Assembly (NCBI GenBank): GCA_016872715.1
Contig: VGZD01000003.1
Span: 8,886-72,885 of the forward strand
Direction of reading: 5' to 3'
Origin: Planctomycetota bacterium
GTDB taxonomy: Bacteria; Planctomycetota; UBA1135; GCA-002686595
DNA: 64,000 nt
Shown here: positions 19,138-28,385 of the stretch, piece after piece
Numbering within the stretch: the first letter of the stretch is position 1
Layout of the letters: every line of letters starts with the position of its first letter
The notes under the pieces: generated by a model
Seen by the model: the letters and a program-made list of their open reading frames with translations, nothing else
Database searches by the model: none
Told to the model about the DNA's origin: nothing
Program-made: the position numbers and the translations under genes

Positions 19138-19757
19138 CCCACAAGCCCCTCCCCACGCTCCCGATCCTCGTCGAGAACGCCGCCACGGCAACCTTTGACT
19201 GCGTCTACCCCACCTGCGGCGGCTCGTGCTGCAAGCAAGGCCGTCCGCCCGTCGAGCCGGGCGAGCGCGCGCGCATCGAGGCGAACCTGCCTAAGTTCTT
19301 GCCGCACCTGCGCGCCAAGGCGCGCGCGCTCATCGAGGCGCGTGGCTTCGTGACGCGCCGCAAGAAGCAGGGCAACCCGATGCTCGCGGTGTCCGAGGGC
19401 TGGTGCGTGTTCGAGAACCAAGGCTGCGTGCTGCACAAGGTCGGCGCCAAGGAAGGCGACCGCTTCCAGTACAAGCCGTGGGCCTGCGCGACCTTCCCGC
19501 TCGATCGGCTCGAGAAGACGGACGGCTGGTACGTGCGCCAGTGGAAGCGCCACGGCGAGGCCTGGGACCTCTTCTGCCTCAACCCGAAGGAATCGAAGCA
19601 GCCCGCCGTGAAGACGATGCAAGGCGAGATCGAGTTCGCCGCGCGCTTCGATGCTGGAGAGGAAGCGTGGCGCGGCGGCTCGGTGCCCAAGCCCCCGAGG
19701 AAGGGCGCGGCCAAGAGGAAGCCCGCGCAGGCGAAGAAGCCCGCGGCTCGCAAGTAG
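19134..19757 (+). CDS. DUF3109-like Cys-rich protein with a Lys-rich C-terminal tail
   Basis: TTG start at 19134 (TTGA overlap with the GNAT stop). 'FDCVYPTCGGSCCKQGRPPVEPGE' resembles the DUF3109 / CxxCxxCC cluster. The tail is 'PKPPRKGAAKRKPAQAKKPAARK'. Confidence 0.6.
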   Translation: MTHKPLPTLPILVENAATATFDCVYPTCGGSCCKQGRPPVEPGERARIEANLPKFLPHLRAKARALIEARGFVTRRKKQGNPMLAVSEGWCVFENQGCVLHKVGAKEGDRFQYKPWACATFPLDRLEKTDGWYVRQWKRHGEAWDLFCLNPKESKQPAVKTMQGEIEFAARFDAGEEAWRGGSVPKPPRKGAAKRKPAQAKKPAARK

Positions 19758-19790
19758 GGCGGGAGGAAACGCTCGCGCGCGGCGTCGCAG

Positions 19791-21116
19791 ATGGCAGTGG
19801 AACACGAGCGCGAGTCGCTCGGGCGCGTGCCCGGGGCAGTGTGGCGCGGCACCGCGCTGCAGGTGCTCGGGCGCATGTTCGGCGCGGCCTGCACGCTGGT
19901 GATCCTGTGGCTCGCGAAGGAGGCGCTCGACGGCGCGGACTTCGGCCGCTTCACGTTCTACATCGCGCTGTTCGCTTGGCTCGACAGCATGGCGAACATG
20001 GGCGCCGCTCAGGTGGCGGTGCAGCGCACCGCAGCGGAGGGCGCGCGCATGGCGAACGTGCTCGCGGCCGCGCGAGGGATCCGCGTGCGCGCGGGGCTCT
20101 TCGGCGTGCTCCTGTGCGCGACCTTCGTCCTCTCGCGCGAGGAGGCCGACGGCGCGTGGATCGTGCTCGCCGCGCTGTATCCGGTCACGCACGCGCTCGA
20201 GCTCTCTACGATTCCCGCGCGCAACGCGCTCTCGTGGAGCGTGCCCGTCGCGGTGCGTGCGATCGCGTCGGCGATCAGCCTCGCCAACGTGTTCGCGCTG
20301 CGGCTCGCTGGCGTCGATCGGCCCGCGCTGTACCTGCTCGGCGTGGCGCTCGGGAGCACGCTCGGCAACGTGCTGCTGCACGTCGCGTCGCGGCGCCACT
20401 TGCCGCGCGAGCACGGCGACGCCGCGCGCGAGAGCGGCTTTTTCCGCGAGGCCCTGCCACTGGGGATCTCCGCGTTGTGCGCGCAGACGTACTTCTACGT
20501 CGACAACCTGTTCGTCGAGGCGTGGTGCGGGCTCGAGCCGCTCGGCCACTACAACGTCGCGGTGCGCGTGATGAGCTGGTCGATCATGCTGGCGCAGTAC
20601 ACGACGCTCACCGTGCTCCCGTGGCTGCGGCGCGAGCATCTCGCCGGAGCGCTCGGGCCCTCGCTCGCGCGCCTCGGTCCGCCGCTCTTCGCCGGAGCGG
20701 GATTCGCGTGCGGACTCGCGCTGCCGTGGACCGGCTCGCTGCTCGCGCTGTTCGGCGAGGAATTCCGCGCCGGATCGAACAGCCTGCGTTGGTTGCTCGG
20801 CGCGACGACCGCCATCTACGCCGGCTCGCTCTTCATGACCGCGCTCGTCGCGCTCGGCAAGAACGTCGCGAGCCTGTGGATCGCCGCGCTCGCCGTGCTG
20901 CTCAACATCGGCCTCAACTTCTGGGCCGTACCGGTGCTCGGCATCGACGGCGCCGCGCTCACCACCTGTGCCACGGAGATGTTCGTCGCGCTCGCGGGAG
21001 CAGCCGTGATCCTGCGCGCGGGAGTGAGCCTCGGCAGCCCGTGGCGCTGGCTCGGCGGCCCGCTGTGCATGGCGGCGGGCGCGGGACTGTCTTCCCTGTT
21101 CGCGTTGGGCTATTGA
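19791..21116 (+). CDS. MOP / Wzx-like polysaccharide-biosynthesis flippase
   Basis: 441-aa polytopic ORF. Its N-terminus 'VWRGTALQVLGRMFGAACTLVILWLAKEAL..FGRFTFYIALF' is typical of the polysaccharide-biosynthesis protein family. Confidence 0.7.
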   Translation: MAVEHERESLGRVPGAVWRGTALQVLGRMFGAACTLVILWLAKEALDGADFGRFTFYIALFAWLDSMANMGAAQVAVQRTAAEGARMANVLAAARGIRVRAGLFGVLLCATFVLSREEADGAWIVLAALYPVTHALELSTIPARNALSWSVPVAVRAIASAISLANVFALRLAGVDRPALYLLGVALGSTLGNVLLHVASRRHLPREHGDAARESGFFREALPLGISALCAQTYFYVDNLFVEAWCGLEPLGHYNVAVRVMSWSIMLAQYTTLTVLPWLRREHLAGALGPSLARLGPPLFAGAGFACGLALPWTGSLLALFGEEFRAGSNSLRWLLGATTAIYAGSLFMTALVALGKNVASLWIAALAVLLNIGLNFWAVPVLGIDGAALTTCATEMFVALAGAAVILRAGVSLGSPWRWLGGPLCMAAGAGLSSLFALGY

Positions 21117-21124
21117 GAGCGCCC

Positions 21125-22276
21125 ATGCGCGTCGGACTCGACTATCGCCCCGCTCTACACAACCGCGAGGGCATCGGACGCTACGCGCGCGAGCTCGTGC
21201 GCGGCTTCATCGAGCTCGGCTTCGATGGCGAGCTCGGACTGTTCGGCTACACCGCGGCCGCGATGCGTTTCTCGCGCGAGGAACTCGGCATCGCGGGCAC
21301 GCGCGCGGAGCTCGTGCGAATGCGGCTCCCTTCACGGCTGCTCCCGTGGTTGCTCGCGCGACTGGGCAAGGGCGTCGATGACCTCGTCGGAGGCGCGAGC
21401 GTGTACCACCACACACAGCCCAACCTGCTCGCTGTGCGCAACGCGACGGAAGTCGCGACGATCTTCGACTGCATCTACATGATCCCCGATTCGGGCTACC
21501 TCGATCCGGCCGTGGCCGAGCGCATGACCGCGGCCGCCAAGGAGCAGGTGCGCCGCGCCAAGCGCATCCTCGTGCCCAGCCAGTACGTTGGCGCGGAAGT
21601 CGTGCTCTCGCTCGGCGCGCACCCCGCGCGCGTCGCGGTCACCGAGCTCGGCTGCGACCACATCGCGCGCGCGCTGCCGCCCGAGGGTTTCGGACGCGCG
21701 AAGGAGCCCTACGTGCTCACCGTCTCACGCGTCGACCCGCGCAAGAACCACCTGCGCATGCTGCGGGCGTTCGAGCTGCTCGTAAAGGAGGGTCTCCCCC
21801 ACGGCTGGATCGTCGCCGGTCCGCGCGGTCACGACTGGCAGGAGTTCGCGCGCGCTCTGGAGCGCTCACCGGCGCGCGCGCGCGTGCAGTGGATCGTCGA
21901 TGCGCCCGAAGCGGATCTGCCGCGCCTCTACGCGCAGGCCGATTGCTTGCTCTTCGCGAGCCTCAACGAGGGCTTCGGCCTGCCGCCGCTCGAAGCGATG
22001 GCCTGCGGCACGCCGGTGGTGTCGAGTTGCGTGACTTCGCTGCCGGAAGTGTGCGGCGACGCGGCCTTCCTCGTCGAGCCCACCGACCACGAGCGCATCT
22101 TCGAGGCCACGCGCCGCGTGCTCATGGAGCGCGAGGTCGCCGCCGAGCTGCGCACGCGCGGCCTCGCGCAGTCGCGCAAGTTCACCTGGCGCGAGTGCGC
22201 CAAGCGCACGCTGCTCGCCTACCGCAACGCGCTCGAGCCCGATCCACAGGAGCAAAAGCTCCGGCACGTGTTCTAG
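21125..22276 (+). CDS. Family-1-fold (GT4-like) glycosyltransferase
   Basis: ATG at 21125 in ORF 19403..22276. 'MRVGLDYRP...GIGRYAREL' and the EX7E region 'SLNEGFGLPPLEAMACGTPVV'. Confidence 0.8.
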   Translation: MRVGLDYRPALHNREGIGRYARELVRGFIELGFDGELGLFGYTAAAMRFSREELGIAGTRAELVRMRLPSRLLPWLLARLGKGVDDLVGGASVYHHTQPNLLAVRNATEVATIFDCIYMIPDSGYLDPAVAERMTAAAKEQVRRAKRILVPSQYVGAEVVLSLGAHPARVAVTELGCDHIARALPPEGFGRAKEPYVLTVSRVDPRKNHLRMLRAFELLVKEGLPHGWIVAGPRGHDWQEFARALERSPARARVQWIVDAPEADLPRLYAQADCLLFASLNEGFGLPPLEAMACGTPVVSSCVTSLPEVCGDAAFLVEPTDHERIFEATRRVLMEREVAAELRTRGLAQSRKFTWRECAKRTLLAYRNALEPDPQEQKLRHVF

Positions 22277-22401
22277 GGCGACGCGAGTCGAGCGCGGACG
22301 GCGGCTTCGTCGGTGTCGTCGAGCGACCACAGCGCTCGTCCCTCCATGCCGCCAGAAGCGCCGGTGACGGCCACCACCTTGCCTGCCAGCCCCAGTTCCA
22401 T
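22273..22401 (-). pseudogene. Possible remnant of a short-chain dehydrogenase (42 codons)
   Basis: The tail of ORF 22273..23529 reads 'MELGLAGKVVAVTGASGGMEGRALWSLDDTDEAAVRARLASP'. This is an SDR Rossmann 'TGxxxG' start that stops after 42 aa. Confidence 0.25.
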
Positions 22402-22406
22402 GGAAC

Positions 22407-25181
22407 TCAGTGCTTCGCGCTGTCCACGAAGGCCTTGAACCCGGTGTCGAGCGCGTCGCCGCGCTGATAGCCGAGCAATTTCCAGCCCTCGGGCGTGGTC
22501 TGCCCCAAGTAGCGCGCGCGCAGGTATTCGACGACCTTCGCGCGGGGCTCCGGACCCGCGCGGTACATCAGGAAGAACACGAGACTCCCCGCCTGCTCGT
22601 AGAAGATGTGCCGCTCGCTGATGATCATGTTGCCCGACACACCCTCGTTCAGCGGCGGCAATTGGAAGAGCTCGTCGTTGCCGAGTCCGGCGAAGTCCGA
22701 CGCGTTCATGTCGACGAGGCGCTGCGTTGGAAAGAGCTTGGAGAGCGCGCTCGCCTGCTTGCACACGTACGCGCAGGCCGGATCGCGCTGCTGGCGACCC
22801 TTGCGACCATGCACGCGGTCGGCGACAGCCTCCTCGATGAAGCGCGCGGTGCCTTCGACGATCCAGTAGCCGGGCAGATTGCTGCCCTCGGGCTCGCGCT
22901 TGGTGCCCTTGGCGAGCCATGCGACATCGAGGTAGTGATGCGTGAGCTCGTGCGACACGACCGAGAACACGCCTCGGCCGTAGGGATCCTGTGCTTCCGC
23001 GCCGCTGGGCACGTAGAAACGGGAAATGCCGCCGGAGTAAAGGCCCGCGCTCCACTCCGGCGGGCGTCCGCCGCCCGCGGGCTCGGCGAGGTACTCGTCG
23101 CGCGTCGCGAACAGGCGCACCTGCAGCGGCTGCGTGAAGGTGTCCGGATCCGGCGGCAGGAGCTCGCGCAGCGTGCGGATCGCGAACTCGGCGGCATCGA
23201 GGCAGTCGCCGACGATGCCCGGATCCGTCGGCCGCGAGCACAAGGTCACGTTCTTCGTGCGCAGGATGATCACGCCGTCTTTCCACGCACCGCCGGTCAG
23301 CACGCGATACAGGCGATCCTCGCGCGGCACGAAGAACGCGCCCGTGCGCACGAGGCGCGGTGCCCACGCCGCCCAGCGCGCGACGGCCTCGGGGCTCTCT
23401 TTCCAAGGAAAGTCCGCGGGGATCAGCGGCGCCACCGCGGCGTCGGGTTTGCCCTCGAGCGGCGAACGCTCGGCGCCCTCGATCAGCAGCAGCGAAGCCG
23501 TGAGGCGCAGCTCGTGCGCGGAGCACCACGCGGCCGCCGCGCCGTAGGCCGCGCGCGAGAGCTTGCGCAGCTCGAGCTCCTTGCCCAGCGGCGCCTTACG
23601 CAGCGCTTCCTTGTTCGACTTGTCGTTGGGCTTGAGCGCCTTCACCTTCGCCTCGAGCTCCGCGAGCTTGGCGCTCGAGAGCCCGCAGTCCTTCGCCTCG
23701 GCGAACAAGCGCTTGCAGTCCTCGTCGAGCCGAGACTTGTGAAACAGCTCGAACGCCTCGACCACGCGCGCGACGTGCTCGGACTCCAGCGCGGTCTGGA
23801 ACGACTGCAGCACCGGCTCTTCGTCGCCGAGCAGTTGCACGGTCCCATCCTGCTCCACGAGCGCGACGTCGCGTGCCGTGTAACCGTTGGAGCGACCGTC
23901 GTCGCCGTCGACCTTCCAGCCGTCGTCCGTCGCGCTCACCGTTCCGGCGACGTACGACCCGTCGCTCAGCACGACGCCGTTGCCGCCGCCCGGTCGCGGC
24001 AGCGCCGCACTCGCCGCCTCCGCGCTCGCGCCCTTCTTCGGCGCCTTGCCGACGAGCAGCGTGAGCGCGCCCTTCGCATCGGCGACGACGAGGAGCTGAT
24101 CGCCGACCGGATAGGCGCGGCGCTCGGGCGCGAACTTGCTCGACTGCCACAGCACCTTGCCGCTGGTGAGGTCGATCGCGCGCCCGCCCGCGAAGGCCAC
24201 GTCGCGCGCGACGGACACCGGCCCCCTTGCGCCACCATCCGCGGCCAGAATCGTCGCGAGGCTGCCGCTCGCCTCCATCCGCACGAGCGCTCCACTCGCG
24301 TCGAAACCGACCACGCCTCCGCGGACCACCGCGACGCCGCCGACGAACGGGGCGGGCGTCGGCTGGGCGCTCGCTCCGTCCGCGACGAACCACGAGCCGT
24401 CCCCGCGCGCGACGAACCAGCCGCCGACGCCGCTCTCCGGTTGCACGCGAGCGACGCTCGCGAGCGCGAACTGCTCCGCGGGTGCGCTGCCGAGCGCGAT
24501 GCTCCCGCCGCCGATGCGGTTGATCTTGAGCGCGGCCAAGTCATCGAGTTCCGCGAGTTCCAGCGACCAGTCCGTCCCGACGAGCTTGAGGCTCGCGTAG
24601 GCCGGAACGCCCCACGAGCCCCCCAGCCGCAGGCACGCCGGTCCGCGCGTGCCCGCGAACCCGCCGCGCAACTTGCCGCTCTTGGTGGCAAACGCCTTGA
24701 CCGACGTGCCGTCGCCAAACAGCGTGCCCGCGACGACGCGCGGAGCCACCGCGAGCGCCTCGGGGATGCGGCGAACTTCGGTCAGCTTCTTCTTCGCGAA
24801 GTCGACCTCGTACATCACGATCTCGCTGCCGAGCGCGACACCGACTTCGCCCTCCCACGCGAACATGCCGCGCAGCTCGCCCTTGCCCAGCCCCACGGTG
24901 CCCAGCGCCGCCTTGTCGACGAGGTCGAACGCCTTGAGCGTCAGCGCCTCGCCCGACTTCGTGCAGAAGAACAGGGTGCGGTCCCAACTGACCGGCTCGC
25001 CGAACGCCGTGCCGATGTTCGAGCCCGTGCCCGGGTCCGCGCGGATCGGCGCGACATCGACCCACGCACTGGCGAATGCGTTGCCTTGGGCCTGCGTCCA
25101 ACTGCGCTCGGGAATCTCGGTGCGCTGGGCGAGCGCGGACAGGGACAGCGCCGCGAAGGCGAGGAGACGTGCGACTTGCAT
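22407..25181 (-). CDS. Large secreted protein: N-terminal beta-propeller-like region plus a C-terminal HExxH metallopeptidase-like domain
   Basis: ATG at 25181 gives the signal peptide 'MQVARLLAFAALSLSALAQ'. The C-terminal part carries 'VVSHELTHHYLD'. Confidence 0.7.
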   Translation of the reverse strand: MQVARLLAFAALSLSALAQRTEIPERSWTQAQGNAFASAWVDVAPIRADPGTGSNIGTAFGEPVSWDRTLFFCTKSGEALTLKAFDLVDKAALGTVGLGKGELRGMFAWEGEVGVALGSEIVMYEVDFAKKKLTEVRRIPEALAVAPRVVAGTLFGDGTSVKAFATKSGKLRGGFAGTRGPACLRLGGSWGVPAYASLKLVGTDWSLELAELDDLAALKINRIGGGSIALGSAPAEQFALASVARVQPESGVGGWFVARGDGSWFVADGASAQPTPAPFVGGVAVVRGGVVGFDASGALVRMEASGSLATILAADGGARGPVSVARDVAFAGGRAIDLTSGKVLWQSSKFAPERRAYPVGDQLLVVADAKGALTLLVGKAPKKGASAEAASAALPRPGGGNGVVLSDGSYVAGTVSATDDGWKVDGDDGRSNGYTARDVALVEQDGTVQLLGDEEPVLQSFQTALESEHVARVVEAFELFHKSRLDEDCKRLFAEAKDCGLSSAKLAELEAKVKALKPNDKSNKEALRKAPLGKELELRKLSRAAYGAAAAWCSAHELRLTASLLLIEGAERSPLEGKPDAAVAPLIPADFPWKESPEAVARWAAWAPRLVRTGAFFVPREDRLYRVLTGGAWKDGVIILRTKNVTLCSRPTDPGIVGDCLDAAEFAIRTLRELLPPDPDTFTQPLQVRLFATRDEYLAEPAGGGRPPEWSAGLYSGGISRFYVPSGAEAQDPYGRGVFSVVSHELTHHYLDVAWLAKGTKREPEGSNLPGYWIVEGTARFIEEAVADRVHGRKGRQQRDPACAYVCKQASALSKLFPTQRLVDMNASDFAGLGNDELFQLPPLNEGVSGNMIISERHIFYEQAGSLVFFLMYRAGPEPRAKVVEYLRARYLGQTTPEGWKLLGYQRGDALDTGFKAFVDSAKH

Positions 25182-25278
25182 GGCGGAGTGAGACGGTAGC
25201 TCCCGCGCGCGCGGCGCGCCACGCTCGCGCAGCGCCACGGCGCGCAACTGGGGGCCAATCCCGCGTGAATTCGCGCGC

Positions 25279-27285
25279 TCAGGCGCGGCGGACGTCGACG
25301 CGGGTGCTGTAGAGCGAATTGCTCTCGCCCAGATCGCTCGTCTCGCCGGACACGAGCGCGTTCACGCCGACGCGCTCCGGCGTGTCCTCGGCCCTCGGCA
25401 CGCCGTCGATCCGCACGAGCCCGCGCGGCATGCGCTCCGAAATGCCCGCGCGCACCGTGAGACTCGCCAGCTCGTTGGAGAGCACGAGCGCATCACCGTC
25501 GCTCGCGCCCAGTTCACGCGCGTCCTCGGCGTGCAGCCACGCGCGCACCTCGCCGCGCCGACGGATATGTCGCGCGCTGTGCGAGAAGGTCGAGTTGTGC
25601 GTGTGCACGCTCGGCGCGCACACCAGCCAGAAGCGGCCGCGCCCGAGGGCGCCGTCGTCGGGCACGTAGGTCGCCAGCGCGGGCTGGCCCCGTGCCGCGG
25701 CCCGATTGCTGACCAGCTCGATCTTCCCGCTCGGTGTCCCCACGCCCTCCCCTCGCGGCTGTGACACTTTCACGCTCTCGCCGCGCTCGAGCGCCGCGAG
25801 TTGTCCCTCGTCGAGATGCCGCGAACTCGCCGCGAGGAGCTCGTCGACGAGTTGCTCGGCGCGCACGTCGTGGCACGCGCGCGGAAGTCCGAGCGCCTTC
25901 GCGATCGCGGCGAAGGCATCCACGTTCGAACGCGGCCCCGGCGGCGGTTCGCACGCCTTGCGCGCGCGCTGCAGGCGACGGTGGCCGTAGCTGCGATAGA
26001 GGTCGTCGTTCTCCATCGCGAAGGTCGCAGGGAGCACGACGTCGGCGAGCTCGGCGGTTTCCGTGCGGAATTGCTCGTGCACGACGACGAAGACGTCCTC
26101 GCGCCCAAGCCCGCCGCGCACGCGCAGCGACTCTGGGCAGGTGACGGCGGGATTGTGGCCCCACACGAACACCGCGCCAAAACGTCCACTCTCGAGCTCG
26201 CGGCCGACCTTCACGTGTTGGATCACGTCCGCGCGCGAGTGCGGCGGCCGCAGATCGGCGCGTTCGATCACGCTGTCCTCGAGCTGGAAGCAACTGAAGC
26301 TCTCGTAGTGCATGCACTCGGGGCGGCCGAGCACCGCGACGAGCGACGCGATCGCGCGCATGCTCATCGCGCCCACGCGGCGACGGCCGAAGCCGATGCC
26401 CGTCTTGAGCAGGAAGCGCCGAGCCCTGCCGAGCAGGTCGGCGAGCTCACTGACCGTGGCCGCTGGCACGCCGGTCGCCTGCTCGACCCACGCGAGGTCA
26501 TGGCCGGAGCGCACGTGTGCCTCGAACGTCGCGCCACCGAGGCAGCGTTGCGCGAGGAACTCGCGATCGACGTAGCCGCGCTCGAATGCGAGGCGCGCAA
26601 TTCCGAGCGCGAGCGCCGCATCGCTACCCGGCTTCACCAGCACGCCGCGCCCGCCCCAACGTTCGAGCGCTTGGATCGTGTCCGTGCGATAGATGTCGAT
26701 CGCGACCACGCTCACGCCGCGGCGCGCGAGGCGCTGTACGGCGGGCTGGAGGTGCTGCACGGTGCGCGCCATGTCGCAGCCCCACAGGAGCACGAAGTCG
26801 CAGTCGTCGACCTGCTCGAGATCCGCGCCGTACGCGCCGCCGAAGACGCACTCGTAGCCAGCGGTGGTCGAGTTGTCGCACAGCCCGCCGTCGACGTTCG
26901 TCGCGCCGAGCGCGTGCATCACGCGCAGCGGGAAGAAGCGCTGAATGCGCCCCATGTTCCCCGCATACCACAGGGCCAAGATGCGCTCCGGCGTTGCGCG
27001 CAGCGGCGCCACGCGCTCGACGATGCGCGCGAGCGCCTCGTCCCAGCTCGCGGGCTCGAGCGAGCCGCCCGCTTTCGAGCCACGTCGCACGAGTGGCTGC
27101 AGCAGGCGCTCCGACGAGTTCAGCAGCTCGCCGTAGAGCGCCGTCTTGCCGCACAGGACACCGCGCGAGTAGCCGTGCGAGGGATTGCCGCGCAGCGCCA
27201 CGAAGCGCTGCTGCGCATCGCTCTCGACGAGCATGCCGCAGGCATCGGCGCAGTCGAGTGGACACGTGACCGGCGTGGTGGTCAT
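25279..27285 (-). CDS. Molybdopterin (MopB-superfamily) oxidoreductase
   Basis: ATG at 27285 gives 'MTTTPVTCPLDCADACGM' (N-terminal Fe-S Cys cluster). It has molybdopterin-binding domain-like regions and a C-terminal 'barrel' region 'GDALVLSNELASLTVRA'. Confidence 0.8.
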   Translation of the reverse strand: MTTTPVTCPLDCADACGMLVESDAQQRFVALRGNPSHGYSRGVLCGKTALYGELLNSSERLLQPLVRRGSKAGGSLEPASWDEALARIVERVAPLRATPERILALWYAGNMGRIQRFFPLRVMHALGATNVDGGLCDNSTTAGYECVFGGAYGADLEQVDDCDFVLLWGCDMARTVQHLQPAVQRLARRGVSVVAIDIYRTDTIQALERWGGRGVLVKPGSDAALALGIARLAFERGYVDREFLAQRCLGGATFEAHVRSGHDLAWVEQATGVPAATVSELADLLGRARRFLLKTGIGFGRRRVGAMSMRAIASLVAVLGRPECMHYESFSCFQLEDSVIERADLRPPHSRADVIQHVKVGRELESGRFGAVFVWGHNPAVTCPESLRVRGGLGREDVFVVVHEQFRTETAELADVVLPATFAMENDDLYRSYGHRRLQRARKACEPPPGPRSNVDAFAAIAKALGLPRACHDVRAEQLVDELLAASSRHLDEGQLAALERGESVKVSQPRGEGVGTPSGKIELVSNRAAARGQPALATYVPDDGALGRGRFWLVCAPSVHTHNSTFSHSARHIRRRGEVRAWLHAEDARELGASDGDALVLSNELASLTVRAGISERMPRGLVRIDGVPRAEDTPERVGVNALVSGETSDLGESNSLYSTRVDVRRA

Positions 27286-27338
27286 GTCGAAAATCGTAGC
27301 GCGTGCCCGCATCGGCGCGCAGCGCTACCCTACGGCGC

Positions 27339-28385
27339 GTGGCCAGAATTCGGATTGGCTTCGACGTGTCGCCGTTGCATGTGCCGCACCCGCCCGGCGT
27401 GGTGCGCGCGACGCGCGGGCTCGTCGAGGCGCTCGAGCGCCGCGGCGTGCTCGACGTCGTGCGGCTCGCGCCGCAACGCGAGCTGCGCGCGTGGCGCCAC
27501 ACTCAACTGCCCGCGCTCGTGCGCGAGCTCGGGCTAGTCGGTCTGCACTCGCCGGTGTCGAGCTTCCCGCTGCGCGGTCCCGGTCGCCGCGTGCAGACGA
27601 TCCACGAGCTGCCATGGCGGCACGGCGTCAGCGAAAACGCGGACTGGAAGCACCGCTTCTGGGCGGCCTGGGGCCCAGCGCGCGCCGACCGAGTGGTGTG
27701 TCCCAGCGAGCATGTCGCACGCGATCTGCGCCAGCGCGCGCTGCCCGGGGCCGCGCGCATTCGCGTCGTGCCGTGGGGCGTCGACGCACCGTTCGGTGAA
27801 TTCCCCGCGCTCGGCGCGGTCGACGAAGTGGTGCTCGGCAAGTACCGGCTCGGACAAGATCCGATCGCGCTGTGCAGCGGTGCCGTGCGCGAGAAGAAGA
27901 ACCTCGCCGCCGCGCTGCGCGGACTCGCGCAAGTGCGCGAGCGCCATGGGCCACGCATCCAACTCGTCGTGACCGGCCCCGACACGCCGCAGTTGCGGCG
28001 CGACCTCGGGCTCGCCTCGCAGCTCGGCCTGTCGCGCTTCGTCTCGACTCCTGGTGAACTCTCCGAGGCCGACCTCGCGTCGCTGCTGCGGCTCGCGAGC
28101 GCGGCGCCGGTGCTCTCGCGCTCGGAGGGCTTCGCGTTTCCCGTGCTCGAAGCGCTCGCGAGCGGGTGCGTGCCGCTCGTGCCGCGCCACAGCGCTCAGT
28201 CGGAACTCGCCGGCAAGGCTGGCATCGTCGTCGATGCCGACGACCCAGCGAGCGTGGCGGATGGGCTCGTGCGCGCCGTGATGGAGCGCGAGACGTTGCG
28301 CTCGGAGTGCGTGGAGCGCGCCGCGCAGTTCACGTGGGACGCCTGCGCCGCGCGCGTCGAGGCGCTGTGGCAGGAGCTCGCTTGA
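27339..28385 (+). CDS. GT4-like glycosyltransferase
   Basis: ORF 27303..28385. I prefer the GTG at 27339 ('VARIRIGFDVSP'), but the start is uncertain. EX7E region 'SEGFAFPVLEALASGCVPLV'. Confidence 0.75.
   Translation: MARIRIGFDVSPLHVPHPPGVVRATRGLVEALERRGVLDVVRLAPQRELRAWRHTQLPALVRELGLVGLHSPVSSFPLRGPGRRVQTIHELPWRHGVSENADWKHRFWAAWGPARADRVVCPSEHVARDLRQRALPGAARIRVVPWGVDAPFGEFPALGAVDEVVLGKYRLGQDPIALCSGAVREKKNLAAALRGLAQVRERHGPRIQLVVTGPDTPQLRRDLGLASQLGLSRFVSTPGELSEADLASLLRLASAAPVLSRSEGFAFPVLEALASGCVPLVPRHSAQSELAGKAGIVVDADDPASVADGLVRAVMERETLRSECVERAAQFTWDACAARVEALWQELA

Noticed and set aside
25279-27285. Selenocysteine recoding in the molybdopterin oxidoreductase
   Set aside because: The frame is continuous with no in-frame TGA, and no SECIS-like hairpin was sought or needed.
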